This document shows positions 34,901 to 64,000 of a stretch of DNA of 64,000 nt, piece by piece. Under the pieces are notes generated by a model that was given only the letters and a program-made list of their open reading frames with translations, had not been told where the DNA came from and ran no database searches. This DNA comes from Amoebidium appalachense. Taxonomy: Eukaryota > Protista > Ichthyosporea. The position numbers and the translations under genes are program-made. Numbering within the stretch: the stretch's first letter is position 1; every line of letters begins with the position of its first letter. The stretch is from positions 930,001-994,000 of the forward strand of contig CAVNZM010000011.1 in assembly GCA_963693365.1 (NCBI GenBank), in the 5' to 3' direction.

Positions 34901-36104
34901 CAAGGACGACATCTTTGCCGACCCGGTCATCTCAGTCGTGCAGGACTTTGGGGGTGTGACCCAGGGCACAAACTGTCTGGACGTGAATGTGTTTGGTGAT
35001 CTGCGCTACCCTCCCACCAACGAATGCGTCACGCGGCCATTTAAGCACCCGCGTGGCTGGCGCCCACCCGGTCCCATCGAGGTTGCCGAGGGCATTCTCA
35101 ACTTGGGCAACTTCACGGCCTTCTCTGACCGCCACAAGGGCTGGCACGCCATCATACACAACCGCATGGTGAGTGCCTCTTGCTTATTGTTTGGTATCTC
35201 GTTATCTTGCTCCCTGTTAAACAGTTGTTTCATTGAACCCCTTCTTTGTACGTTTCTCTCCCAGCCCTTCTTCGCCCCTCTTCTTTGCCCCACCCGGTAC
35301 ACCCGGTACAGACACTTACACCCCTCCCCTCTGCAGCGCGGCACCATGCAGGACGTGCAGTACTCGCCCAACGACCCCATATTCTTCCTGCACCACACCA
35401 TGGTCGACAAGGTCTTTGCCACGTGGCAGCAGTGCCACGGCCACGACCGTGACCCGGGGGCCTTTGTGCCCCCCGCACTGTACGAGCAGAACTTCATCGA
35501 GTACGACCACGGGTTCGACACGATCATGAAGATGCTGGAGGACGATGGCATCACTCCCCGCAAGGTCAACGTCATCTCCCGGATTGGCCGTGACGGCTAC
35601 ACATACTCGGCCGACCGCATGGAGACCGGGTCGGGCTGGACGGCCCTGGGCAGCTGCACGACCCGGCTCACGTGGAATCACAGGCGGCGCAGTGCCGATG
35701 CGGCCCTGATTGATGCCAGGGTGGCTGCCGTCGAGATGAGGAGGAGGAGCACGCAGAGGCGGGCCGTGGAGTCCAAGTCCCTGCCCCAGGGCCTTGTGGT
35801 GTCGGCCAACACGGAGAAGTATGTGCCGCCCACCACCAAGAAGGAGTACCCGGAGCTGTTTGATGCCGCTGAGCCCGAGGACCGTTCCATCCTGCGGGTG
35901 GCAAACACGTGCCAGGCTATTTATAACCGGGCAAAGGCTGAGCGGCCAACCATGGACAACCGCGAGGTGTTGAAGCACGCAAGGAACCTCGAGTGCCAGA
36001 CATTCAGACCGTACGGCCCTCTGGACGCATATTGGCAGGCAAAGATGGGCCTGATTGGCAGAAAGGTGCTGCCGTGTGAGGACTACAGTAGCACGAACAT
36101 GTGA
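31997..36104 (+). CDS. Secreted type-3 copper protein (tyrosinase) with calcium-binding EGF domains and a long Pro/Thr mucin-like stalk
   Basis: Exons 31997-32057, 32605-34621, 34862-35168, 35337-36104. Signal peptide MAAAKALAIVAACVSLHTVKG. EGF_CA modules DVNECRT...CYNTLGSFYCRC and NINECLG...CEDTLGSYTCTC. (VPPPPPTTT)n stalk. CuA: PKHEA...GHASNAFLHWHR. LPYWDW. CuB: WHAIIHN...SPNDPIFFLHH. Confidence 0.93.
32339..32398. other. Perfect 27-bp inverted repeat with a 6-nt loop (intronic hairpin)
   Basis: AACGTTGTGACCGAACACTAGTAATGT-gtatct-ACATTACTAGTGTTCGGTCACAACGTT. Confidence 0.9.
32401..32611 (+). repeat. 99-bp direct duplication spanning the 3' splice site of tyrosinase intron 1
   Basis: 32401-32499 and 32513-32611 are nearly identical, and both contain CTCTCATCAG|GCGAGGA. 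Confidence 0.9.
33420..34340 (+). repeat. Coding minisatellite encoding (VPPPPPTTT)n and (TSVPTPVPTTTTQATVT)n
   Basis: In-frame 21-27-bp and 51-bp tandem units within tyrosinase exon 2. Confidence 0.9.
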
Positions 36105-36965
36105 TTGATTGGTGTATAGCGTATAGTGTGTAGATTCGTTCGTGCATTTTGTGTGAGACCAGTGTATAGCATCTCATGCAATTAAGACGTTAATTTTAGA
36201 ATTTCGGGCCGGGCTATGGCGCCTGTGGCGTTAGCCCCAGTCCCCTCACCACGTGTTAATACATAGTGACGTCACTGTGCGCAGTATGGCGGGCCGCCCA
36301 CCCATCGGGTGTGGTTAAGCTGCACACAGACTAAACGTGCCGGCTGACTGGCCGGACAAACTTATGGCATCTTCCTCCCTTCTGATCATGAATACTCTCA
36401 AAATGGATTAAAAAACGAATACTTCGTCCAATCCTCCTCCCCCCCCCCCCCCCCCCCCCAACCTCCTCCCCTTTCGGTCATAAAATAAATGGTCATCTGG
36501 TTATACCAGATGTGTGGTAAAGTAGAGTACACGTGCGTACCCGCGCGTGTGTCTCCACGTGTGTGTGTGTGTTTGCGCGCACACACATGTGTACATTTCA
36601 GGGGGAGGGGGGGGGAAGTGTTACTTTTCACTATTGGTGATCCCTATTGGTGTTCCTTGCAGTTTATTTTTATGGCAGCTTGCAGTTTGTTTTTGTGTTG
36701 CTGTCACAAAAACAAAGTTTAAAGCCTGCTGCAGATGTGTGCCACCTCCCACACACTCATGGCCGAGAAAGGGGTACATATGATTGCTAACCTCTCATAG
36801 GACTGCCGATTACAAAGAGGAGATTGGCACTGAAAACTAATTGCTTGTGGTTAGCAGGTGAGAGTACCAAAAAGGGGGGAAACTCCCAAAGAACCACACA
36901 CCCAACGAGATCTTGCTTACAGGGGGGCCAGGCTAAGATTTTCAGCCAATCATTCTCTTGCAAAG

Positions 36966-50666
<13,701 letters not shown>

Positions 50667-51164
50667 TCTTGCGTCTATCTTTGCCAATGTTCGGAAGGGT
50701 CCCGAAACTGGCTCGAGCTCGTCTCCTTCTGAAGACTCCAAGAAAAACTTTTGCGTTGTTGACTTGTCAGAATTGCGCACAAAAATCGGCTAGGCCAATC
50801 ATGACGGCGAATATGTTGCAATAGATCCGCTCATGAGCCTCGTGCAGATGCAGCTGCGCATGCCGGCGGAGTCTGCGCGCACAGGCCCTCAGGCGAGAAG
50901 GCGGCGAATACGTAGGGGTGAGCTTCGTAGAAGTTTGCGGTTACGTGAAGTTAACGCCTTGCAAATTTTCGGATACATGCCGCCCACTCGTCCTTGGATA
51001 GGCACCGGCCCCTCAAGAAATACTACGTATACATTCTTGTCTACACATATCTTTTCGGGAGGGCCGGAGCTCGTGCATACGTACATGCGCATGGGTGTAC
51101 TACTAGGCTAGGCTTGCGGGCCCCTGCCGCATGATGCATGCCCATAGTAATACGATAGTCCCAG

Positions 51165-51203
<39 letters not shown>

Positions 51204-51212
51204 TTCCCTCCC

Positions 51213-51255
<43 letters not shown>

Positions 51256-53524
51256 ACACCACCACCACTCCACAACCACCACCACCGATGTACGACCACG
51301 AAGAAAACATGGTGGAACGATATGTATCGATAACACACTAGTACACACCCTGCTTTTGTATATTGCCGCAAGCACTGGCAGCTACGTAGAGTCAGCCTGT
51401 CGGGCCTGGCCAGTTGTTCTTCTGGGCCAAGATTGAAAATGTGGAGACCTCGGAATCCTTGCAGCAAGGCAGCACGGTGGACGTTATTATCCATGTGCTC
51501 CGCTAGAAGTTCAGGCGGCGTGGCCGCGCCTAGGTCAATTAACTAGTTCTCTTCATCTGTTAATCGACGAAGTTAAACATTATTCTAGTGATGAATAGGC
51601 CCTAAATGTTAAAGGAAAAACTTACTAATTTAAACTAGAGGGTCCGATAAGCAATAGCCTAAGCTAGTTTAAGATGGTATCGAGCAAATTAAAATTAAAT
51701 TGGTCTCCAGTTTGTCCGAAGTTTTCCGTTTGACCACGGTGCATAGCATGCCCGGGGAGCTCGAGCGCTCGAGCTCCCGGAGTCTAAACCGGTTCAGGCT
51801 GCAGTTTAAAGTTTCCAAGTCTTTCCAAGGCGCCTTCTATCTCACGGTGTATGTGCAAGTACACACACATGCACGAGCGTTCAACTCAGTGCCATTATTT
51901 GTTTGCTCCCAATTGCAACACAACCACACGTGCACATTGCCCGAAGAGCCCCAGGGCTCTGGTTCTCACCTTCGTGCTGTACCAGTCGTGTTCTCATGCC
52001 ATGGGTCACCTATGGCATATGCATGTGCATGTGTAAATTTTAAGTGTGCAGATCGATGCGTGTAGTGAGGTGGAAAGGTAGGTGCTCCGGCACACGTTGC
52101 ATGCATTATGATACCTCCCAGTACGTTTTTCCGGCGGCTGAGAGGAGCCTTGGTATGAAGGAGCAATCCAATTTATGGGTGCCATATGCACAGTGTAGTT
52201 GTGATGATAATAGTGTGCTGCATATATGTGTGTGTGTGTACGTGTGTGCACTAAGGGACACTGTCCCCAGCTTTCAGGTCATATACACGGGTTTCCATTT
52301 AAAATTTTGTTGCGCTCGAGCCTTGCCAGCAGATTATTCTCAGATAGTGCCTGCACCCCCCAGCTATTCTTGCATATTGAACATGCCGCATGCGCGTAAG
52401 AAAACAAATCCTGCACCAGCCATTGGTTGAACATACCCATACGCTGTGCTGGATATGCGTCAACGACTTTCGTTCGCCTAATGCATATGCGCCAAAAGGC
52501 ATGCATGCCTCTCATTCGAGCAGCTAAAAAGAGTGCGAGATGCGCGCAGCCAGTGATCAAGCGTGAGTGTGGAGTGCTAAGGCCAAGAAAGCCAAAGAGA
52601 AAGAGGAAAACAAACCCACAACATGGTGTGTTTGTGTAGGTGAGCGTGTGTGCAGTGTGAAATCTTAACTACAATATAGGTTTGTGTGTAAAGAGGGTTC
52701 ATGCACTAACAGTCAATCTACCGAAACAAGAAGTACAACACATAACATCTTAGCAATGCGCACAGTCAGCCATTCGGTGAATATTATCAAAACAAGGCCT
52801 TCATGCGATCAAACAACCAACCAACCCAGCAGTCAAACACCATATCCTCCACGGGGCAGCCACTCATCCAGTGAGGTTTATGCACGGGGTTAGGCAGGCG
52901 CCTGTTGGTGTCCCGAATGCAGCCATTTGATTGGGCGAGAGCATCAGGTGGTCGTCATCACGTTCCAACTTGAGGCCCTCCCCCTTCATGACGTCTGCTG
53001 CAAACTGCCCGTCAGCTGTGCCCTGGGCCTACCCCAACCGTCACTGGTTGGTCCGGTGCACGGGTTTGTGTGGTCTTTGCATAGTCTCTGCACGTGTGCA
53101 TGACAATCGTTTCCTTTTTTCTCTTGTTGCGGCATAAGCTAACACAAGTTTTCTCTCCCAATTCGCCCGCATTTCGTACGGCGTGCGCTTCGAGCATGTA
53201 AACTTCTAGAGAAATTTTTTAGCTATAGTTTTTAGCGTTATTCTTCGGAGGAATACCAGCAGGCAAGCAAGACTACATCTGTCTTCTTCCATTGCCAACC
53301 TCAGGTCTCCTGTATAAAAGCAGAACGTGCACATTTTCAAGGTCTTGGTGGATGTGTACAAGAGGCAATAAAACACTCTGCTCGTGCACAGTTTTGACAT
53401 GTAGCATTTTTTTTTTCTCTCTCCGGATGCTGTGTTTTTAAACCCTTTGCTTTTCTTCAACCATTTATATATATATATATACTATTATATATATATATAT
53501 ATATATACTATATATATATATCAT

Positions 53525-53563
<39 letters not shown>

Positions 53564-53587
53564 TTACACACTATAATGATTCAATAA

Positions 53588-54196
53588 TTAATTCCCCTTT
53601 CCCTCCATTAGACATAGCTCTGTGTTTTTTGATTTGCTTTTTTTTTGGGGGGGGGGGGGGGGGGGGGGGGGGGTTAGGCACTTACTAAATTGTGCCGTGT
53701 TCAAAAACTGTTGCGGAGACAAGCACACACCACCACCTGGGGCCTTTTGGCCGTGCTCTTGTGGTCCTGGGTGTAGGAGCTGGCCCGAGGCATTGACCCA
53801 CGGGGAGGATTGGCGCCGCACGTGATGTTGGACTGCGGGTGGACAGGAGCCTAGAAACGACCCTGTAGCGATGGGCTCCATGGGGCCATAGTTGACGCCA
53901 GGAAACATGTTCCATGGGGAAAGGGCTGCTTGTGCTGCTTGCTGCTTGACCTGTGTGGGTGCGGGTGTATGTGAGTGTGTGTATGTGCGTGCACGTGTGT
54001 ACGAGTGCTAATAATAACTGTGGATGTTCAGAGCGTGTAAGGCGAATCATTTAGCAACACCACGGAAGCAGCACGGGTTTAAAAAGGGGTTTTCGCAGAT
54101 TAAAATGACCCTATCTGGCGGTGTTTCTATTATGGCATCTACTTATGCCCGTCTGCTTATGCCCACAACGCACGTGCGCGAGCACCCGCACGGGCA

Positions 54197-54228
<32 letters not shown>

Positions 54229-54922
54229 GGTGTCTGACCTGTGTAAATTTTTGGGCTCGCTTACCTATTTATTCCTGCTTCAAATTCCCTGCAGAGTCAT
54301 TTATTCCTTTCGGAGTCCTTTGCTATTTAGTCTAGCCTACATACACATCGGAGGGTGTTATGTTGGGTGGCCTCAATTCCCTTCTGAATATTTCCATTAT
54401 ATGTACCTGCGTACAGGCATCATCGTCGATTTTCTGTTTCTTGTTTCTCCTTACTTTCTTTTATGCACATGTGCACACACACACACCACTTTCCCCTTCT
54501 TTTTATCTCTGCTGTTCTTTTTCCTTTCCCCACACAACTAAAAAAAAAATTCCGCGCCTCTACCTGCACGCGCACAGGACACACACCTGCTCCAGCTCGT
54601 GCCTCAGCTCATCCTTCTCTCTGCGCAGCTGCTCGTTTTCAGCCTCCAGGTACTGTGTGCGTGTGCGCAGGTCGTCCAGCTCCTTGCGTGTGGCCTCTGC
54701 CCTCTCCTGCTTGCGCACACGGTACAGCCGCTGCTTGTCGGCCGCACTGAGTTTCCTGCGTGGCTGCTCGCCCGCCCCGTGCCCCCGGTTTCCTGCTGCT
54801 GCTGCCGCCTTGCCCGTCATGGCGAAGGGCACGTGTGTGTCGTGGAGGGCCACAAAGGATTCAGGGAAGAGACCAAACGCCTCCAGCATGGGCACTTGCA
54901 GCAAAGCACCCGGGTGGCTCAT
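53588..54922 (-). CDS. bZIP-type transcription factor (3' exon structure uncertain)
   Basis: Exon 54922-54587 encodes basic region RRKLSAADKQRLYRVRKQER followed by heptad zipper LRTRTQYLEAENEQLRREKDELRHELEQ. It splices in phase to an exon starting at 53950 (VKQQAAQAALSPWNMFPG). A further exon near 53090-52865 is possible. Confidence 0.75.
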
Positions 54923-57900
54923 CAGTAGCCCGTCTAGCGGACAGGCCCCAGCTGTAAGCCCCTTCAGTTTGGCGGCTGTGTCTGCACGGGTTCCGTGCCG
55001 CGTGGTTTCTCAGGACGTTAGTTGATAAGTTCTGAGGGCAATTGGCTGGTTAGTTGCCAAGCACGCACAGTGAGTGTTAGCACACGGCCTGGGGGAAATG
55101 GAAACGAAAAAGAGATATCAGTAACAGAGTCACTTCCTGTATTCAAACTCGACTGTGTTTTCTCTACAGTTATTATTGGATGCTGGAGCCTTCAAGCAAA
55201 TAGAAATATGATGGCAGAGTCCAGAAGCGCATGAGCCGCACCCACAGAGCACAAAGGAAAAGTAACGAGCAACAACGGAAAAGGGAAAGGCAGAGGTCCA
55301 ACGAGAAAGGACACAAAGAGAGCAAAAGCTAAACCCAAAAACACCAGCGCAGAAAGAAAACAGAAACAGCACGTAGGACTGACAAAGTTCTCCTCCTTTT
55401 TTCCAACACAAGATGAAGAATTACTAAAATGCCTTTGTACGTACAGGCTAGCCTCACAGAAAACTTTACTTTTTCGTTGTGCGCTGGGTGGGTACCTGAC
55501 GGGCAAAGAGTCATAGCGGAAGACAGGAGGAGTTGCCCAAACGGGGTATGAATCAATGGTGATATCTTATGAAACATGCCCTCCCTACCCAAAAGCCACA
55601 TAGCTAATGTCGCAGTAAGATGTGCTGATGGTAAAACTAACTGCTTGCACACAGCTCTCCCGAATAGTCAGTACAGCTCGACAGCACAAACCAAAACTCC
55701 AAAAAAGGGGCTGGGCCTTGCACTATCTAACTCTCCTATTCTCCAGCATGGAACCTACTATAGGCTGGGTCACGTCTATTCTTCTCTCCAAACCCACCGT
55801 GACACACAAACTTCGGAAACGCTGTTAGGAGATGTGGAAAAAGCAGTGTGGCTCACCGTTTTCCGTTATGACACGGACAAGGAGGAAAAGGTAACGTGAA
55901 GTCTCGTTGAGTAACACAACGGCCGCAATGCCGGCATGTGCGGGCGATAGGCGAGCTAAAACGGTCTGCCGGCGTTGGGGCGGCGGGTGGAAAAAGTAAT
56001 GATCTTTATCCAATTAAACATCGTGTAAGATTTTATGTGTATGACGTCTTTGGAGCGGAGGGAGCACCTAGATGATATTAAGCCAGTCAAAAATAACTAA
56101 ACCGTAAAACTAAAATAGAGCAGCTGCTTATGAGCCTCAGAATTTCCGGACGGTCACTGTTCGATCACTCACAGAAACGAGAGCGTTATGTTTCATATAT
56201 GGTAGTTGATTGAATACATCAAAATTAAAACTTAAACAAAATTTGTGTTTGTTCTTGCGTCAGTGCGTCAGGAAATGCAGCGCTCTTCTGGGCTGCCTAG
56301 CCGGCGCCTGAGAATGACCGTCAGGTGGCCGCGCGGCCCGGCCCAGCCGGCAGCGGCCGGTCAGCCCGGGGAGCGCCAGCCGCGGCCAAAAAAAAAACTA
56401 GTAGGCACTGCGGTGATGGTCATAGAAATTCATGGTAGGCTCGTTCTGCAGCATACGTAGACAGGATGATCAAGGAATAGTTAAGTTTTTTTTGTATAAA
56501 ACCAGAATGCTATAAAAGCTTGCGCATTTTCTTGGTCTGCTGCGAGCCGAAAAAGACTATTCGGCCGGCCATGGGATTTGGAATATTTGGCATTTTGTTC
56601 CGCTTGAGCTTCTGAATGGCTAGCCGTGAGCCAATAGACAAAAAGCCGGTAGGAGCGCCTATAGCCGTCAGCTCAAACCTGGGCCAAAAACGGTCAAGAA
56701 AAGAGGAGCCGTATCAGCGGTTGTGCGAATAAATGGTGCTTCAAAATTCAAATTAAATTAATTTTTAGACTTAGATTTTATTATTTTGACACAAAAAGTG
56801 GGTGAAATAAAGCAATCTCTGAGTGTCATATATTTTACATTATGGGTCCCTTCAACTAAGAATTCGGCTTTGCAATGAGTTGGAATGACTTACAAGTATA
56901 AAGCCATCTAAAAGCACTTTTAGTTCCGCTAGAGATGTAAAGCAGTAGTTTGATTGGTTTGTTATGCAGCTATCCTGCGTTAACATCTCAGTGGATCCCA
57001 TGGTATCACCGGAGCGTTTGAGGTGGGTAAATGCCGGTTGTTGCCGCCGCAAGGTGACACAAGGCCGTGCCCAGCATTTGAAGGGAAACAGCGAGTTGGG
57101 GTGAACTTCGTGAAGCCAAGGCCACAGATCTAGCAGCAAGCCAGGGCTAGCTGTCCCTTGTGAAGTCACATGCATATGGCCCACACTCAATTGCAAGCTG
57201 AATAGCCCGCAGTTCAACGCTAAACTGTTCTTTGCGCACACACGCACATGAATACGCGTGCACGCACACGCACACACAACCGCTCACCTGCATGCGCACA
57301 CGTATATGGGGACACACACACACACACACACGCAGTGGAACGCGCGGACACCGTCGGCGCACACGCACACACACACACGCACACGCAAACGCCCACAGAT
57401 TAACACACTCCTGCGCACTTGTAAATACATTGACAACCCCCTTCACATATATGCTGTTGAAATCCATGCAAGCAAGACCACACACACGCGGGTGCGAGCG
57501 TGCATACACGCAGGGTGCCCCGCCTACGCAGGACTGAGAAGATATAGTGACGTAGGCAGAATCACAAGAGCAATTGAAAGATGCACGACAGCGAGACAAA
57601 CTCAGTAACATACACCGATCTGGAAAGGCGGCACGCGCACACACTGACATACACTTGAACAGAGACACATCCGATCACACACGCACACATACGCTCGCAC
57701 ACACACAAACACACATGCACATACACGACATGTTGACCCCAGTTTTGTTCACACACACAACGTCCCAGCCTCACTGTACACTGTCCTACTTGCACATACA
57801 CAAGAACACGCACGCACACGTGCACAAACACATACACACCCATGGGAATGCATACACACGCGCACACGCACACACGCACACACACACACACATCACTGCA

Positions 57901-58393
57901 TGCAGATATGTGCAAGCTCGTCATAAACGGCGGCCACATGCAAAATGATACAGACGCAACAGCACTCACATGCGTAAGTACAGAAAAAGGTTGCACACAC
58001 GGCAGGCGCTTGCCTGGGCGATTGTTAGCTACCCTTCTCCCCACTCCTTGCTCAGGATCTCCACCCACTCTTGGGCCTCCATTCACACGTCTAGACTATT
58101 AAATTTAGCCGCACCTAGAGTTGGAACAAGTTGGCAGCTTAGCGACACAGGACGGCCCCTGGACACACAGGAGCACGTGCTGGACCCCCCCCCCCCCCCC
58201 CCCCTCCCACCACCGTCACCACACACACACCTGTAAACCTTGCACCAGATCGTTGGCGTGCGTGCATCATTGCACACACAGGGACGAGGGGGAGCGGGGG
58301 AGAGAGGGAGAGAAGAAGGGGGAGAGGTTATAAAACAGACAGAAGAGCCAGGGGTGGAGGAAGGGACGAAAAGAGAAATGTTGCGGGTGGGGG

Positions 58394-58427
<34 letters not shown>

Positions 58428-59371
58428 GGGGTGGGCCACAGATAAAGGGAGGGAGGGAGAGAGAGGGAGGGAGAAAGAGAGAGAGGGGAAGAGAAAGAGA
58501 GAGACCGAGAGAAGGGAAGAGAAAGAGAGAGGGAGAGAGGGGGGTAGAAAGAGAGAGAAAAGGGCGGGGGGGGGGGGGGGGGGGGGAAGAGGGGGGGAGA
58601 GGAAGAGAAAGAGGGAGGGGGGGGAAAGAGAGAGAGAGGGGGAGGTGGGGGGAGAGCGGGAGGGAGAGAGGGGGGGGAGAGGGAGAAAGATTGAGCCTTC
58701 ACTGGGCGGGGGAGGGTAAGGTTAAAGATGGAGAGTGTGTGTGCGTGCCGCATGTTTGCAAGGGAATGAGAGAGAGAGGTGAGTCATAGCTTGAACTAAG
58801 AAGGGAGAGAGTGGCTTACACGGCCTACACTTCGTATGTTAACTCCAAATTATATTTATGGCTTAGTCTGACGTCTTGCACTCAAATGCATATATACCAG
58901 TAACGTGGTCGTGACCGTCCTAAAAAAGCATTCGCTGTAGCACTCAGAATAATACTTAAATCTCGTCATGTTTTTTAGGTGTTGGTTACAACCAGGAGGT
59001 GAAGCCGGCCCTCGAGTGGGCAGGCTACACGGCAGGGCGTAAGGCAACCGCAATATGTACCTACGCTTAGGTCTAAGCAAGAGGCGTCGAAGCCTTAAAC
59101 TTTTTTAGTGGCAAGACACTTGCACGCAGTAGCACCTAGCCAGGCGCTCTCCTCAACCTTAAACCGCATCTGCGCCCGGCAGTCAGTGCCGCTCAGAAAA
59201 AAAAAAAATCAAGGGCGCCGGCTGGATATCCGGCCGCGCCGCGGGACTCAGCCACAGTGTTCAACAGCAAGGCCTTTTAGTCGACCAAGCCTTCGGCGCC
59301 GCGGGCCCACATACACCCCAACCCCAAAAACGTACACGCAGGCGGCCTGCCCTCTGCCCTCTGTCCTCACT

Positions 59372-62935
<3,564 letters not shown>

Positions 62936-63649
62936 GTACGGCACCATGTCTTTAATCCAACCTCCTTTCCAGCCAACACCACTACCACCACCATCCATGC
63001 GCGCGCACGCGCACGCGCACACGCACACACACACACATTCACACACACATGTTCACACACACACACACACACAGTTAGATACCTTGATGTATACATACAC
63101 ACACACAGTCGCGTACACATACACAGCACACTGTTGCGTCACATTCACATGCCACCTCTCGTATACACTGTGGTGTGGTTGCACCGTGGGCCTTGTTCCT
63201 GTACTCTGCACTCGTGTAGGCCTGTACAGTGCAATGAATACACCGTTTGCTCTTTCGTGAAGCCCAGATTGAGCCATCTTATTTATTTGCTTTTGGTTTC
63301 TTTCTTTCTTCACACTGGACAAAGGCAAACTTAGAGGATTATTACTTGAGTTCCATGGTTGTGTATGACATTGGGCGAGTGCATTCACGCGTGCTTGCTT
63401 CATTTTTCTTTTATTGTTATCGTTTAATATCCAATTGGGCATTACAATATCATTACATAAGATGCTGCAACTAACTAAATACCCTGCTATGTGCTGTCGT
63501 AAGGAATGTGCACGTCGTACACTGTAACACCTCAAACTCCCCCCTTCCCCCATGGGCTCTGCTTATTATGCATACTCTTTATGTATGGCTTGCATTCTGC
63601 ATCGTGTTATCCGTTTGTTCTTGTGTACTTCGTACTTTTTGACGCATTC

Positions 63650-63686
<37 letters not shown>

Positions 63687-64000
63687 CCCTACAACCACCA
63701 CCACGCCACCACCACCACCACGCCACCACCACCACCATCAAACGATAGTAAGGGCATCTTCCTCTAGGTCCCACTTCACGACCATCCACATGCGTGCCCT
63801 TGCACACATACATATGAGTATGCGGGCGCACAGACACAATCACACCTCACACACACACACACTATTTCACGCACTTCCCTTGACACAAGCACATCCAATC
63901 TCCTCCACACACACACACGCGCGCGCGCGCGTACACGCACACATACAGCAATACAAGATGCCCGACAAGTGTTGGGCACTTGAGTATGCACGGGGGGCCA

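Noticed and set aside
58980-59106. GC-rich stretch ending in a T-run, possible Pol III ncRNA upstream of ERG2
   Set aside because: No recognisable tRNA/5S/snRNA/SRP motifs or A/B boxes.

Overview
Eukaryotic, intron-rich genomic DNA (GT-AG introns) saturated with poly-C/poly-G tracts and (CA)n/(TG)n/(GA)n microsatellites. Almost all short ORFs in the track are repeat artefacts. A true receptor tyrosine kinase in a non-animal-looking gene set suggests a unicellular holozoan, possibly an ichthyosporean (inference only). Manual splicing recovers six genes: (1) a 5'-truncated receptor tyrosine kinase with a hexapeptide-repeat (left-handed beta-helix-like) ectodomain (+, <1-8922); (2) a secreted trypsin-like protease (-); (3) a secreted EGF/Pro-Thr-stalk/tyrosinase (+); (4) a 12-exon bacterial-type (GlxK family) glycerate kinase (-); (5) a bZIP factor (-); (6) a 3'-truncated ERG2/sigma-1-receptor-family gene lacking an N-terminal membrane anchor (+). 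Mobile DNA comprises a non-autonomous LTR element with a tRNA-Arg PBS plus a solo LTR of the same family, a tandem three-LTR Copia-type TRIM with a half-tRNA-iMet PBS, a Harbinger-like MITE and a possible Helitron end. The most notable observations are the beta-helix RTK, the tandem TRIM, both intact LTR elements sitting in sense-strand poly-G tracts, an intron architecture of weak donors followed by poly-C and acceptors preceded by (CA)n, and an oomycete-like stalked tyrosinase.
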